A DNA stretch of 63,746 bases, counting the filler, from Catajapyx aquilonaris (lineage: Eukaryota), in NCBI GenBank assembly GCA_000934665.2. It is 4 parts of 4 records of this genome, joined end to end, with 100 filler letters (N's around TTAATTAATTAA, not from the genome) between each part and the next. Parts side by side here need not be neighbours in the genome. Positions count along the whole stretch, not along the records: positions 47,875 to 63,746 come from JYFJ02007386.1; 3 more parts are not named here. One strand, 5' to 3'. The notes beneath the pieces are model-generated. The model searched no databases, was not told the origin of the DNA, and was given only the letters and a program-made list of their open reading frames with translations. Shown here piece after piece: positions 49,907-63,388 of this stretch; position 1 is the stretch's first letter; every line of letters starts with the position of its first letter. The position numbers and the translations under genes are program-made.

Positions 49907-50729
49907 TCCAACTTAAGAGGGAAACAAGTGTCCAACTTCCAAGATAGACAGGTGTCCAACTTAGCAACATATTGCAAGGGATAGGCTTTTTGACAATGGC
50001 AAAAATAATGTCCGACATAGGGAGGTGGCCAACTTATTAAGGTGTCCAACTTGACAGGTTTCACTGTGTTTCTATACAGTATATTTTAGGAAGTTTGTGT
50101 GTTAATTTGCCATACAAATCCAGGGGAATTCACGTATACACTGCCTTAAACTAGCATACCTGTAAATTCAATGTGAAATATGAGCTTGCAAGCTAAAATA
50201 CTGTATGCATTTCTAACAGGGGTTGTGAACCGAACTGAACCCTTGCTCCGTGAACCCGATAACAGCGGAGCCACTCCGGAGCGAGCGTTCGGGTTCGAGC
50301 CGGTTCAGGGGGAGAGTGGAGCCAAGGTCGGAGCGGGTCCGGAGTTTGGTTGGGAGCTTGCCAGCTTGCTCCGGAGTTTGGTTTGGACCAATGGCTCTGG
50401 AGCTGAACCTGGTTCCGGAGAGAGGTTCAGAGCGGTTCAAAGCTTGGTTAGGTCCAACATTCCAACGCAACGAGGGGAAAGGCAGAAAAACTGCTGGATT
50501 TACTCCAGCGTATGCGTCATGTTTTCATGGTGGCAGACTGACATTTCCAAGCACAGGGTGTACTGCAAATGTCACATTTGTATGTCATACGCATTTTGTA
50601 TGTTACATTATGTCATACACATTTTTTGTGTTACAATATGTCATACACATTTTTTGGATGTCACATTTTCATGTCATACCAAGAGCTAATGGTCATACGC
50701 ATTAGTTGTATGTTACAATATGATATTGT

Positions 50730-51925
50730 CCTTGAGAGTAATGGTAGAATGGATGGGGAGATAGACAGGGGAGTTCTGGGTTGAAAGTGATAGGTGCCAC
50801 AAGTAAGTTTTCTAGAAATAAGGACTTTTCTTCTGCCTGTAGGTTGTCTGTCTATTCTCACGTTATTGTTCCTTCACTTATGTATGGTAGGGAAGTGTGG
50901 GTTTGGTCAGATAGGCATAAGAGTAGGGTGTTGGCTACAGAGATGCGTTATCTCCGGGCTGTTTGTGGGGTTACTAAGTTGGATAGGATTAGGAATGAGG
51001 AGATTTTGCAGAGATGTAATGTTAAAGGAGACTGTTAAAGATAAGGTGTGTAGGTCTACTCTAAGGTGGTTTGGCCATGTGGAGAGGATGAAGGAGAAAG
51101 AGATTGTGAAGAAGGTTTATTTGGGTAGAGTAGTTGGTAAGAGGGGCAAGGGTAGGCCTAGGAAGACATGGTTGGACCAGGTGGGTCAGTGTCTTAAGGG
51201 TGTTGCTAGTGTTAAGCCGAGACGTTCATGTGTCAATAGGACCATGGACGTGGCTGAGGCTAAGGTTGTTTGTTTGGATAGGTGTAAATGGCGTAGGTTA
51301 ATTAATGGGTAGAATATTCACGGGTTTGTGAGGAATGGCAGTGTCCATTGAATTCTTCCGAATCGCTAGAGTGTTTGTAGGTTGGTGGGAGGAGTCGGCA
51401 TCTGGAAGTTCATACTCGGGCTCTGGGTGCTTTGCAGAACGACAGGGTTGGCAGATATCTCTCGCACAGTAATGCATAGGTTGACACCGGTAGTAATGCT
51501 TGCAAGGGTGTCTGCCTCTCTCTCTGTCCTGCACAGCGCTTGGAGTTCGAGTGTTCATTTCCGTATTCTGGTTCTTCTCGCTCGCCTGTGGGTGTTCTGG
51601 TCGTTTGGAGGAGAATATTCTAGTCACTTGGAGGAATTTAACAGTTGCTGATTCCTCTTCCAGGGGGGTGGGGGTGGGGGCCTGATTTCGCAAAGTACCG
51701 CGTTGTATAGTGTAATATTTAAATTTAAAATTGAGTGTTTGTCGTCTGTGATGGGCAGGGGTGGGGGGCGGGACGGGTTGTTTATAGGTTTATTTTTACA
51801 AGTTTTAATTTAGTTCATATTTTGGGTTAGCTTGTGGCTCCCGTCATTGCTGACTACCCCTTACAGGATCGTGATGGTGACGATGATGATGATGATGACG
51901 ATGATGATGATGATGACGATGACAA
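50730..51925 (+). mobile_element. 5'-truncated RTE-clade LINE fragment (ORF C-terminus, frameshifted) with (GAT)n tail
   Basis: PSLMYG.EVW, EMRYLR...GVTKLDRIRNE, LRWFGHVERM, GKRGKGRPRKTW. Confidence 0.85.
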
Positions 51926-52166
51926 TACAAGATCCATAATACAAAATTCCACCCTTCTTAATTTAAAGGGGGGAGACACATGGTTTGTGTGTTGTTATTT
52001 AAACGGTATGTGACATATCAATGCTTGTTTCTATTAGTGTTGGGAATTATTAGCGATTTCCTTTCATTTTGATACTATGTAATACAATACGCACTCCTTG
52101 CTCAGTCTAACAAGTTCATGTACTTATTATATTTGATGAGTATTATTATTATTATTATTATTATTA

Positions 52167-52241
<75 letters not shown>

Positions 52242-52519
52242 GGGAGGCGTGGTAGTCTAGTGGTTATGCCACTGACTAGCCAAGCGGGAGGCCGGGGTTC
52301 AAATCCTGTCCCCATCACCTCTGCTTGGCCGGGTCTTTTTTCGCTTTTCACCCGACACGCCGGGGCAGCATTGCACTCCCTTAGCTGCCCGGGGCCAGAG
52401 AAAAGGTCTGGTGATCTGAGAGAGTCGTGAGTGACTATAAACCGTGGATGCCCTCCCTTGGGAACCTTCCCCCTCCCCCCAAAACGAGCCGCAAGGGCTC
52501 GAGCATGGGGTAACAATAA

Positions 52520-52520
<1 letters not shown>
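52242..52520 (+). mobile_element. tRNA-derived SINE (family C) between (TTA)n and (AAT)n microsatellites
   Basis: TGGTAGTCTAGTGG A box, GGTTCAAATCC B box, tail ...GCATGGGGTAAC(AAT)n. Confidence 0.75.
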
Positions 52521-52566
<46 letters not shown>

Positions 52567-53074
52567 TAATAATAATAATTATAATAATAATAATTACTAT
52601 TATTATTATTGTTATTGTTATTGTTGTTGTTATTATTATTATAATATTTGATGAGTATTTGGTTTATGTTTACTATCTCGTTTGTTGGGACTGTTGCTAT
52701 CTCTTCTCTATCTCTATAAATAAGGAAGTTTGTCAGTTTGGATGTTTGTCCCTTATAGAAATATGGGGGAAGGCCCCTACACCGCCTTAAATTAGCATAT
52801 CGGGAGTTACATTTTTCAATGAATTTAATGCCGCATGTTTCAGCTTCCGAAAATGTACCTAACTCCCACAACACGCATATTCCCAATTAACCAATTATCA
52901 ATTACCTATTTAACAATATTCATAGATTTCCATGGTAATGCCCTCATTACATTGTAGGCCTACCACCATAACATACCCGGGCAATGCCGGGTAACCTTCC
53001 AGTATAGTATATACTGTAAACATTGGTTTTTGGGAGGGGGGAGCCAGTTCAGTTCTTTTATTAAAGATTGCGTA

Positions 53075-54294
53075 CAGTGCTGGACACATTAGCCATCGCT
53101 GAATGGTTTTTTTCCGTCGGCGACGGCGCTGCGTAACCTGGCAACCCCGTCCGGCGGGCCAATTCAAACATCGGCACATGGAGAGTGCTTCCATTGTTGC
53201 CACTGTTTGCAAATCGAGTGAGTGACGCGGACGACCCAGGGACGGGTCTCTTCTGCCTGCTTACCACTGATCTGCTGCTTACACATCAGTAGCAAGGGAT
53301 ACGCAGGGAAAAACGGAAAAATATGGATGTTGGAAGCAAACCACGTTGGGAAAATTGTCCCTGGACTTAAAGCACACGAAATATATTCCACCCCTGAGGG
53401 GGTGTCAATGATTAAGATCAGGGGTGTGCTAATTCAAAGTGCGTCAACTGACGTACGGATTCTTTCGGTTTTTGTGTCTATTCCGCGCACTTCGACACCT
53501 CTAAGACGAATGGAGACCATGCCCCGTATGTCAGACACCAGGTCAGTCTCGTAATTTGTCCCCAAAGATGTCATATCTCAAAATGGCTTCCGCTGTTCCG
53601 CATATACGAGTACATGTTGTTCACGTCATATTCGCACCAGGAAGAGATACACGACTAACATGACACGTACAGGGGTTGGACACAATAATATGAACACCTG
53701 CAACAACTCAGTCGTGTTACTCGTGTATCTGTTCCTGGCGCGAATATTACGCGAACCACAGCACATACTCGTATATGCGGAACAGCGGAAGCCATTTTGA
53801 GCCATTACGAGACTGGTGTGGTGTCTGACATACGGGGCATGGTCTCCATTCGTCTTAGAGGTGTCGAAGTACGCGGAAAAGAAACAAAAACCGAAAGAAT
53901 CCGCACGTCAGTTGACGCACTTTGAATTACCACACCCCTGATCTTAATCATTGGCACCCCCTCCTCAGGGGTAGAATATATTTCGTGTGCTGGGGACGAA
54001 AACCTTTCTTTGAGTCCAGGGATAATTTTCACAATGTGGTTTGCTTCTAACATCATTATTTTTCTTTTCCCGTTTTCTCCTGCGCATCCCTGCAGATACT
54101 GTGTAAGCAGGCAGAAGAGACCCGTCGCTGGGTCGTCCGCGTCACTCATTCGATTTGTAAGCAATGGCAACAACGGAAGCGCTCTCCATGTGCTGGTGTT
54201 TGAATTGGCCCGCTGGACGGGGTTGCCAGGTAACGCCGCCGCCGTCGCCGCCGAAAAAACAAACATTCAGCGACGGCTAATTTGTCCAGCACTG
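53075..54294. mobile_element. ~1.2-kb foldback element with Tc1/mariner-type ends
   Basis: TA-CAGTGCTGGACA...TGTCCAGCACTG-TA; ~590-bp arms, shown by mirror ORFs 53222-53554(+) and 53805-54266(-). Confidence 0.85.
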
Positions 54295-54390
54295 TACAGT
54301 TGCATTCTGAAATGATATGGAACCACGAATTATTTTCTAAATTATTGCAGATGGGACATTTTTCGTCTGTGTCTATTAGAAGTGTTGAGC

Positions 54391-56165
54391 CGGAACGGCT
54401 GCAAGAGATGCACTCCCTCATCCTGAGAGAACAGGGGGTCGACCGAGTAATTGTTCAAGAACGACAATTTTCAAGTGACTGCAGCCTGTCAAAACTCCTA
54501 GGAAGAAAGGGCCACTCCCTAGCCAGCATCGCCTTGCCCTGCCAGTCCGGATTGCGCAGCCTCCATGCACTACAGCCTCATTCACCTCGTGTTCGGTCCA
54601 TAGTGAAGGAGCTCTACAACAAGACCCTAAAACTGGATGGCTACTTCTTAGACATTGGGCGCCATGTGCAATGGTCATGCTGGAGCAGACTCGACAGCGA
54701 TGTGAGGGGTTGGACTCTCACTGCGCCGAGGAGACGAGCGTGTTGCGTGAACGTGCACAGGAGATGGCAGTGTACGAGCAGCACGAGAAGGACATTGTTG
54801 AGTACCAAAAGAGCCTCCATGACTTCCCAATCGTCCCTTACGCGTCTTGTCAGCGGCTGCTCTACTCCAGGCAGGTGAGGATATTGCAGCAGGAGCGGCT
54901 AGTCTCAATTAGGTCGTGGTAGAAATTCCTTGGTGATTCCGCGACTACTCCAAAGGAGGATGCCCGAATCTGCCACTATTGTTGGGGAAAGTTTGTCAAC
55001 GACGAGATACCTAACCTGTGCACTAAGAACGGCCTGGCTGTCGACGTTCTTCCAGAGGCACTCAGGGATCTAAACACCCTGGAGAAAATCCTGGTGCAGC
55101 GTGGCATATGTTTCCAGACGGTGCAGTGGTGCGCCTCGGTGCAGTGACTGCGAGACGTTCCAGTAACGAACTGGTGAATGCCATCAAGGGGTTCATCGTC
55201 CATCTGCCCCTGCCTACGGAGGCCACCATGTGGTCCGTGATGCAGGAGTCATCGGCCGATCGGACCATCCTGGTGAATGGCGTGCCTACCAGGAGCAAGA
55301 AGATCTGGCAGGACCTCGTCCGTCTGCCTAGGGTGGTAGCTGCTCTTGTCGTTCTGAGGGAAGTCAACCCTCTCTATGCTGATGTAATTGTTGGGACTGA
55401 TGAGTTGGAGGAGCGACTTGACCTGACAAGTGAGGAGCAGCGATCTATGCTGGATCTATGCTGGACTCCGTGTTCCAGCAGTACATGATCCATCCCCTGC
55501 ACCAGGTAAACGCTGCAGTCTCAAACTGCAACCTTTACCAGATGCTAAAGGTGACGGACGAGCGGCTGGAAACCTGCCTGCCTACTTGACATCCATCAAC
55601 TCCTTCTCCACTCTCCAAAAACCATAAAAAAATTCAATTTTTTCCCCCCAAAATTCAGGAGGTTAGTATCCCCACTCCTCTCTCTGTACCACTACAATTC
55701 CCATAATGCTTTTACTTGCTTCAAAATATTGACATGACAAATCTTAAATTCCAGTCCATGTGACCCAAAACACTTCCTGAGGAGCCTGGCTGCCTATTCC
55801 ACATCCATCAACTCCTCCACTCTCCTCAACATTTCGGAAACCGTAAAAAGATCCAAGAAAATCTTTTGAAAATTCACGAGGTTAGTATCCCCTCCTCTCT
55901 TTATCTGTACCATTACAATTCCCATAATGCCTTTACTTGATCCATAATTCAGATGTCATCTCAAATCATCCAGTCCTCATGATCCCAAGCACATCCTCAT
56001 GGGACAGCCTGCCTACTTTTTTCTCCTCAACTCTGCCAACATTTATATTCCCAAATCAAATTGAAGAACTCCTCACCAAAATCATCATAGAAATTGCTGA
56101 GGTTAGTGTCCCACCCTCTCTCTGTACCATGACAATTCCATAATGCCTTTACTTGATCCACAATT
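54391..56165 (+). pseudogene. Second, internally deleted and frameshifted Helentron copy
   Basis: 54391-55572 matches ~7463-8668, then joins directly to 3' repeats like those at 13.8-14.86 kb. Confidence 0.9.
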
Positions 56166-56218
56166 GAGATGAGAAATCCTCATAGCCAGTGCTCCTGAGC
56201 CAATGAATGCTCTGATCA

Positions 56219-56480
56219 GGGCGACACGGTGGCTGAGCGGTTAGTGCCGCAGCCTTCCACCTCTAAGGTCCCGAGTTCGATCCCCGGGTCGGACGGAGGA
56301 TACTTATGTGGATGGAGTTTCGATGGGTTCTCTCCATGTTCGCGTGGGTTTTCTAGGGTTCTCCCGTTTCCTCCCACTATCAAAATCCATCACATTACAG
56401 GCAAATGATTAAAATCGGTTATTCAAAAGATGATCCCCTAAGAGGCCCAAGGGGCCTATCACGGGGTATCCATTATTATT
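56219..56480 (+). mobile_element. tRNA-derived SINE family B
   Basis: A/B boxes, tail ATCACGGGGTATCC(ATT)n, TSD AATGCTC(T/C)GATCAG. Confidence 0.85.
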
Positions 56481-56902
56481 AATGCTCCGATCAGACCTCT
56501 TGCCTTCTACGTTTCCCTCAACTTGTGTTAGTCAAACTCTCCTTCCGCACTCTAATTGAGGAATTCATGAATTCCTCATCACTATATCAAATCAACAAGT
56601 CATGAGTTTAGTGTACCAGCCCTCCTGTGTGCCATTACAATCCCATTAAACTCTTCTTGCTGCTGAATGCTGCAACTGACAGCGTGGGATCATAATTACG
56701 CCCTTACCTGAATTCATGAGACAAAGCCCTCCTTCCATATTTGAGAAGAATATACGGTACTGTACGTATCCCTTTCGAAATACTGTATTATTGTTAGTCT
56801 ATGTATTGCAGCTAATAGCCAGTTTCACCGAGCTCGTTTTTATCAAAACCGGGCCCGGTGAGACCGGCCATATGTGGAATTATTGTACCTATCAAAGTTT
56901 TA

Positions 56903-57875
56903 CTATCAAAAAATAACTGAAATAAGATCAAAAACATTCCCTTCAGTGAAAGAAGGGCAATAAGACCTCCATGGCGGAATGAAAGTACTGAAACAAGGCA
57001 GGCACACGTAAGACCTTCACCAATTGATTTAAGACGTACCACAGGTCTTACTCAAGCAATTCTCAAGTATTGTGCAGATGACCCGTAAATAGTGGTACTA
57101 CTGCAAATTAAGCAGTAAGGAGGCTTTTATTTTGAAAAAAACAACAAAAACAAAAAAATTCAACCTCCCAAACACTGAAATTTTCGCTCTTCAAAATGTA
57201 GAATCCAGCAGAATCCCACAAAAAATAGCTTCGAAAATTCTCCAATTTATGTATACAAACATGCGAAAAAATTAAACATTACAGTTTAAATCAGTATCTA
57301 AAAGAGGCGACAATATATTGTGCATAAATGCAGGCCACACAGTGGTGTAGTAGTTAGCGCCACGCCTTCCACCTCTGAGGTCCCGAGTACGATCCCCTGA
57401 TCAGACAGAGGATACTTATGTGAATAGAATTTCGATGGGTGCTCTCCGTGTTTGCGTGGATTTTCTCCAGGCTCTCCCGTTTCCTCCCACTTAAAAATGA
57501 TAAAAGTCGGTGAATTAAAAGATGTTCCCTAAAAGACCCAAGGAGGCCTATCATGGGGTATCCATTATTATAATATAATATTGTGCATAAATGTTTCGTG
57601 GCCATAAATTCTCACCAATCACTTTGAAATTCATTATACCAGTACTCAATATAGACATTCTTAGAAAACACACTTATATGGAGTGGCTAAAGAACTCTTT
57701 GCAGAACTAGGAGACTTTATGATCAGTAAATTGAGAATTGCTTGAGTAAGACCTGTGGTACATCTTAAATCAATTGGGGAAGGTCTTGCGTGCGCCTGCC
57801 TTGTTTCAGTACTTTCATTCCGCCACGGAGGTCTTACTACCCTTTTTTCACTGAAGGGAATGTTTTTGATCTTAT
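56903..57875. mobile_element. Long-TIR cassette, copy 3 (diverged)
   Basis: Same TIR family as 14927-15769, same interior orientation. Confidence 0.8.
57331..57577 (+). mobile_element. SINE family B inside cassette copy 3
   Basis: 16-bp TSD ATATTGTGCATAAATG. Confidence 0.85.
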
Positions 57876-58929
57876 TTATATTAGTTTACACTCACACAGT
57901 TCACTACTGCTGCTCTGGGGGGCAAGTAGTACTATCATATACACATAGCTGATGAGTTACCATTTGGACAAAGCCCACCGGGGCCCTATAACCAGCTGGT
58001 GTCTTGACTCTGTTGAAGTGTGCCCCAACCTCTTGGACCACTGTAGAGAGTGACATGTTGTATCCTGAAATTACTGAATGGGGAAAGTGATAACTGTGGT
58101 TACTACATGCTCCTTTTGGTGATGGGTCAACACATGTAGGGAAGGAGTCATGTGAAGTGAATTCTGAATATGATTCCACTGCATGTTTAGTGCCTTCTCA
58201 GTAGCCACTTCTGTCTGAGTTATTGATGACCTACGATTAGCTTCAGGTCAATCAGTGTGTGTGCTGTCTTCAAGTAATCCTGTTGTGAAGCAAGAATTAA
58301 GATCAGATGAAGACCCACAAGTGAACACATTGATCCAACAGCAAACTGATGAGATTGATGTTCAGTGGGATGGATCTGAGGAGCAAGTTAGTGCCAAAAT
58401 GTTTCATTTGAAGAAATAATTTAAACAGGTTCTGCAAGTAAAGACACATTCTCATTCTTACAGGAAGATGTATTGGTAGCGGAATCTCCCAACGCTTCTG
58501 GATGCCCAGGCGAAGCTGTCAGCAGTAAGTAGAATGAGCTGTGGTGGAAAGATGTGTTGAATGCTTTAATGACATTTCATATTTGCCACAGGCTTTGACA
58601 TCGTGAGTGATGTTATTTGTGCCGATGAAGTGGAGACAAGGACAGAAGAACCCACTGCTTTGGAGACTTTGCAGGGCTGGAAGGAAGGTCTTTCAGAAGC
58701 TGGGGTTCAATATAGGAAGGAAGATAGCCTTGAAAACTTAGTAAATGAAGGAGAAGGAACTTCAGGATGAGGTGAGTAAATAAATACAAATCATGAAATT
58801 GAGAAAATTACCGTATATCATTGGTCAATTGACAAAGTGGTATATTTTGGTGCAATCTGTTAATCACATGCAGCACTAACCAAATATTGCATTGATTTGT
58901 TTATTATAATAAGTTTATTTATACTATAG

Positions 58930-59885
58930 GAGAATCTGGTGCAGAAGCACAAGGCTCCAAAGAGTCCCATGCAGTGTAAGGTGTGCGGCAAGAGGTTCTT
59001 CTCCCAAAGGATGCTTAATGCTTGTGTCAAGTCCCATGAGAAGGCTGCGAATGACAGTGAGGAGAATGTGAATGACAATGAGAAGAAGGCAAAGTATGGA
59101 AGGGGCAAGGCTAGTGGAAGACGATATTATGGGAAAAAGAAGAAACTAGGACAGGAGCGAAGGCAAATTGGCAAAGAAAATGTGGTTGATGGAGAAAGGA
59201 TCAAAGGTATGAAAAGGACACCTACAACTGAAGGTGTTGTGTATCAATGTGAATTTTGCCCTTACAAGGCATGGTACGTGTCTAGTTATACCCCACATAT
59301 AAGAATTCATACAGGAGAGAAGCCTTTTGCTTGTAGGCATTGCACTAAGAAATTTCGTCGGAAGGATACGTTGAATTATCATGCGAATGCTGTTCACATG
59401 GACAAGAAATCATGCGCTTGTAAGCGGTGTAGCAGGAAATTTATTCAGAAGGCCAACTTGACAATTCATATCAATTCAATTAGCCAGGGCAAGAAGCCAT
59501 GTGAATGTAAAGTTTGCTCCCAGAAGTTTTCTGAACGTTGGATTTTAAAATGTCATGTAAATGCTCTTCACCTGAATTTGAAATTGGACTCATTAAGGTA
59601 TATAGTCTGGTGACCCGGGGTAGCTTGCCCCCTGGGGTAACTGGTTGTTTACTGCTATCCTCTTACATATGCTGCCATGGTGATTGCCCCCGGGATAGCT
59701 TACCCTGGGTCACTAGACTAGGGGCCTTAGTGTGTGGTGAGAAATATTCTTTTCATCATTATGTACAGCGCCACATGCGTAAAGTGCACTTACTCATGCT
59801 CAAAAGGTGGAAAGAAATTCAGCAAACGCAACATTTTTTCAGAGAACACATGGCCCTCCATGATGTGACAGGTGTGTATGTTTAA
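58930..59885 (+). CDS. C2H2 zinc-finger gene, last exon(s), degenerate and interrupted by a MITE; candidate upstream exons at ~58.3-58.8 kb
   Basis: CEFC..H...HTGEKPFAC..C..H....H array; several fingers lack a ligand residue; a further finger (VCGEKY..H...VH) follows the insertion. Confidence 0.7.
59596..59727. mobile_element. ~130-bp MITE in the zinc-finger array
   Basis: tagtctggtgacccggggta ... taccctgggtcactagacta inverted arms, TA/TWA-like flanks. Confidence 0.7.
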
Positions 59886-60642
59886 GGGTAGCATGTAATT
59901 ATATCAGTTACACGAATCATTCAGAACTTGCTTTGTTCAAACAGGACTGCATGAATTCCTACACGTATGTTTCACTCTGAAAGACACCTTTTCTGGTAGG
60001 GTACATTGGTTTTTTCCCCTTTGTTTAAAAATGTAAAACACTTGGAGCTTGTGTCACGATTGTCAAGATTATGACCCTCCAGATGTGCACAAAATCTCTG
60101 AATGTAGTTAGACTTAAGAATAAATGTTTTTTAGTGGTAATATTATGTGAGTCAAACAATAAGATGTCATCAATCAATGAAGTGAAGCAGAAATAATTAC
60201 ATGTGCCTAAAGCTGTTTGGGACCATTCAGTAACTTGTGATAATGGGGAACTAGCCTTGGTCTGGGATTTGGGATTTTTGTTCATAACTAGCTAGCCCAT
60301 GCCCGTAAACATACATTCCATCACTCTGTTGCATCAAAATGACATTACTGGATAAATTACGGCACATTTAAAAGTGCCTTCAAAATTGGCGGGAAAAACG
60401 CGGAGGCCAATCGAAAGGGTACACCGAAATGCCTGGTTGACTGCGAGATATGAGGAATTTGGCTTTGAATTAACCGCGGACGCGACGGAAAGCATTCGCA
60501 AGGAAGCTGTAGNAGCTGTACCATAGGTCTTACTCAAGCATGTCCCAAATTAATGCGCATAAATTATTCCTATCTGAAAACAATTTCATGAGCCACTCCA
60601 TATAAGCATATTTTCTGAAATTAGGAACTTAAATATTGAATA

Positions 60643-61400
60643 CCGTTGAATCTGGATATAACAGCCTCGGCTATAACAGATTTTCAGTTATAACTCCAAA
60701 CGCTGGTCCTGGCATACTTCCATAAGTACTCCTGATATAACTGACTTATTTTTCACCTCACCTCAGCTATAAAAGACCACTTCTTGGCCCCTCGGTGGGA
60801 AAATATGCTGCTTTGGATTACTCAGCTTCCTTTCTCACGTGAGGAAAGCACTAAACACTGGAGAGGTGGTGATTCTCCCATCTGTCACTGATCTAAGCTT
60901 CCCACTGGCAAGTTTTGCACCTGAAGGTTGAGGCACACATGTGCTCAGTCCAATATTTTGTGACAGTTGATTTGCCTGCCATCCTCTTCCCTGCCGAACG
61001 ATCCATTTCTGAAATGGTTTCCGAGAGTCTTAATCCTCTGTGCTGGGTTACAGAGCTGGCCTTGGTTCCCTGGGCACTGTAGACTGGAGCGCCTATACCT
61101 GAGTCAGGTATTTCAGATGAAGATGGCTAAGATGTCGGGTAGCAAGTTTAAGAGGTGCTCCTTTACACTTGTCGAAAAGGTGAAAATCATTCTTTTTCTG
61201 GTTTAATTGGCAACAAGGAGATGGCAGTTAAGTAAATTACTGATTGATTTGGTTCTGCATAATTGACATGTGAGCTAATTTTGCAGTTTTGTGGATAGTT
61301 TCATCCAGTAGTATGCATTATAGGCATACAGCACACAGAAAACTTTGCATACTCGTTGAAAAAGTGACGATTTGGCTATAACAGGCCTAGGTTATAACAG
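60643..61400 (+). mobile_element. pogo/Tigger-like remnant with N-terminal HTH fragment
   Basis: MSGSKFKRCSFTLVEKVKII resembles a CENP-B/psq N-terminus; repeated (g)ctataaca subterminal motifs. Confidence 0.5.
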
Positions 61401-61435
61401 ACTAATTACCGCTACCGTTTCTAAAATAGAGTGTA

Positions 61436-63388
61436 CAGTAAAATCTCGATATAACGCTCCTGCATATAACTCTAGGCCACTTTTAATGCCCCCATTTTCC
61501 GGTCCCTTGATCAAGCCAGCGCCGGTGGACTAGTGGTTAGCACGCTCGCCTCTGGTCCCAATGATGTGGGTTCGAACCCGGCCAAGGTCAGTGACAGGAC
61601 AGGTGGTAGAAAAGTGAGAGTGCGCCGTCCTTCGGAGGGGAAGTAAAGCCGTCGGTCCCGTGTACTTGTGACATTGCGCGAGTACACGTTAAAGATCCCC
61701 AGAGTGGCCAAATTTCCAGGAGGAGGACCACCCCCTGGCGTCGGTGTTGAGCCTAGCAGCAGAAATAGGCCGACGTTAAGCCCCCACTAAAGGTCCCTTG
61801 ATCAGCCCCATAAGAGCCATGGTAAATTTTCCCGCTTATAATGCTTTCCCGCATATACTGCTCTGTTTCCCTGGTCCCCAGAGATAGTTATCCCGCATAT
61901 AATGTCAAAAGGAGCATCGTGTGTACATAGAAGGCTTAAAGTTCATCCTGCTGGCTGAGGTTTGGTTGGGCAAGTGATGTGACAATGGCAGGGAGGCTCT
62001 GCAGAGCTGACAGGCTTGCTATGTCCTGGCGGGATGTGATCTGAGAACCACGGGGTTGGCAGTGTCTGTTTTGGGCAGTGACCAGGACGCCGAACACTCA
62101 GATGATCCTGACGACCTGTCTGTGTAGAGGTCCGTCACTGAAAGCACCGGCGCTACACGATTTTGTAGCGGCAGATGACTACGTACAAGTGTGCCAGGAG
62201 TTGACAGATTCGGACATACTTGCGGGGGTGGCGCCAAGAAGTACCGATGTGGTTCCCACATATGACTCAGAGGACAGTGACACCGAGGGTGAAGAAGTGG
62301 GGGAAGAGCTTCACGAAGAGACAATGACAGTCAGAGATGCACTTTCTGCAATGGAAAGAGTCTAGCTCTTCTTGACCACGTTGTTGACATCCCTAATGCA
62401 ATATTTCATCACATTGCTGGTGTTGAAACTTACCTAATGACAAGTGAATCCCAACGCTCGGTTCAAACACAAATGACTGCTTTTCTGGACAGGGCATAAT
62501 TTTATTTATTTACTTTTGAGTTTTGACTTGTTTGACCTCTCTCCCTCTTAATTCATAATGAGGAAGTAGCCTTCATTTTGGAAAGTACATAATAAATTCG
62601 CCCATAATTTTTGGATTTTTTTGGCGTATTCCGTTTTAAGATATCAGTTTCAGTTCCGGAGATATTGGCGTTTTTTCGTAGGCAAATGGTGATGTCACTG
62701 TTTGCCTCGAAAATGTTGATGTGACGCGAAGTGAAATGAACGCAAAAATGATGTTATAGAACGCGCCCCGGCAGGGTCGTAAAATAATTCGTTGTACTGT
62801 GCTGGACACGGCTGGGCATTTTAGCAGTCCAAGTGCTTACTTAGTTGCCAGGTAATGGGCGAGTTTTTACTCTAAGCTGCTCAAACCGCTTTGTACGTGG
62901 CAGTGATGCCACCAGCTCGGAAATATCTGGTTCCCGAATTAGTCACATAAAGGCCCCCCTTCTCCACCTCGATGGCCTACAGCCGCCTTGCGAATGCTTT
63001 CCGTCGTGTCCGCGGTTAATTCAAAGTCAAATTCCTCATATCTCGCAGTCAACCAGGCATTTCAGTGTACCCTTTCGATTGGCACCACCCGGCTGCCCCG
63101 TTTTTCCCGCCAATTTTTAAGGCACTTTTAAATATGCCGTAATTTATCCTGTAATGTCATTTTGATGCAACAGAGTGATGGAATGTATGTTTACAGGCAT
63201 GGGCTAGCTAGTTATGAACAAAAATCCCAAATCCCAGACCAAGGGGGATCAGAAGTGATATTTGCTTGTAACCTCTAAGGCACGCTGCATTTAGGAAACA
63301 ACAATAACCAGTCGATTTAACGAAATTCCTTTATTACGAAAAACATTTGCCTGGTCCCGCCAGTTTCGTTGTTACGAGATCTTACCTG
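61436..63388 (+). mobile_element. Tigger/pogo deletion derivative with transposase C-terminal remnant
   Basis: TA-CAGTAAAATCTCG...CGAGATCTTACCTG-TA ends; DFVAADD..VCQELTDSDIL, acidic tract and VQTQMTAFL at 62150-62500. Confidence 0.65.
61514..61791 (+). mobile_element. tRNA-derived SINE (family D)
   Basis: A/B boxes; 13-bp TSD GGTCCCTTGATCA; 3' part cacgttaaagatcccc...gacgttaagcccc recalls Ruka-type arthropod SINEs (from memory, unverified). Confidence 0.8.

Noticed and set aside
52127..52886. Poly-Asn, poly-Tyr and poly-Ile ORFs
   Set aside because: Translations of (AAT)n/(TTA)n microsatellites
53222..54266. Two ORFs with near-identical peptides on opposite strands
   Set aside because: Mirror images from the palindromic element; no coding evidence
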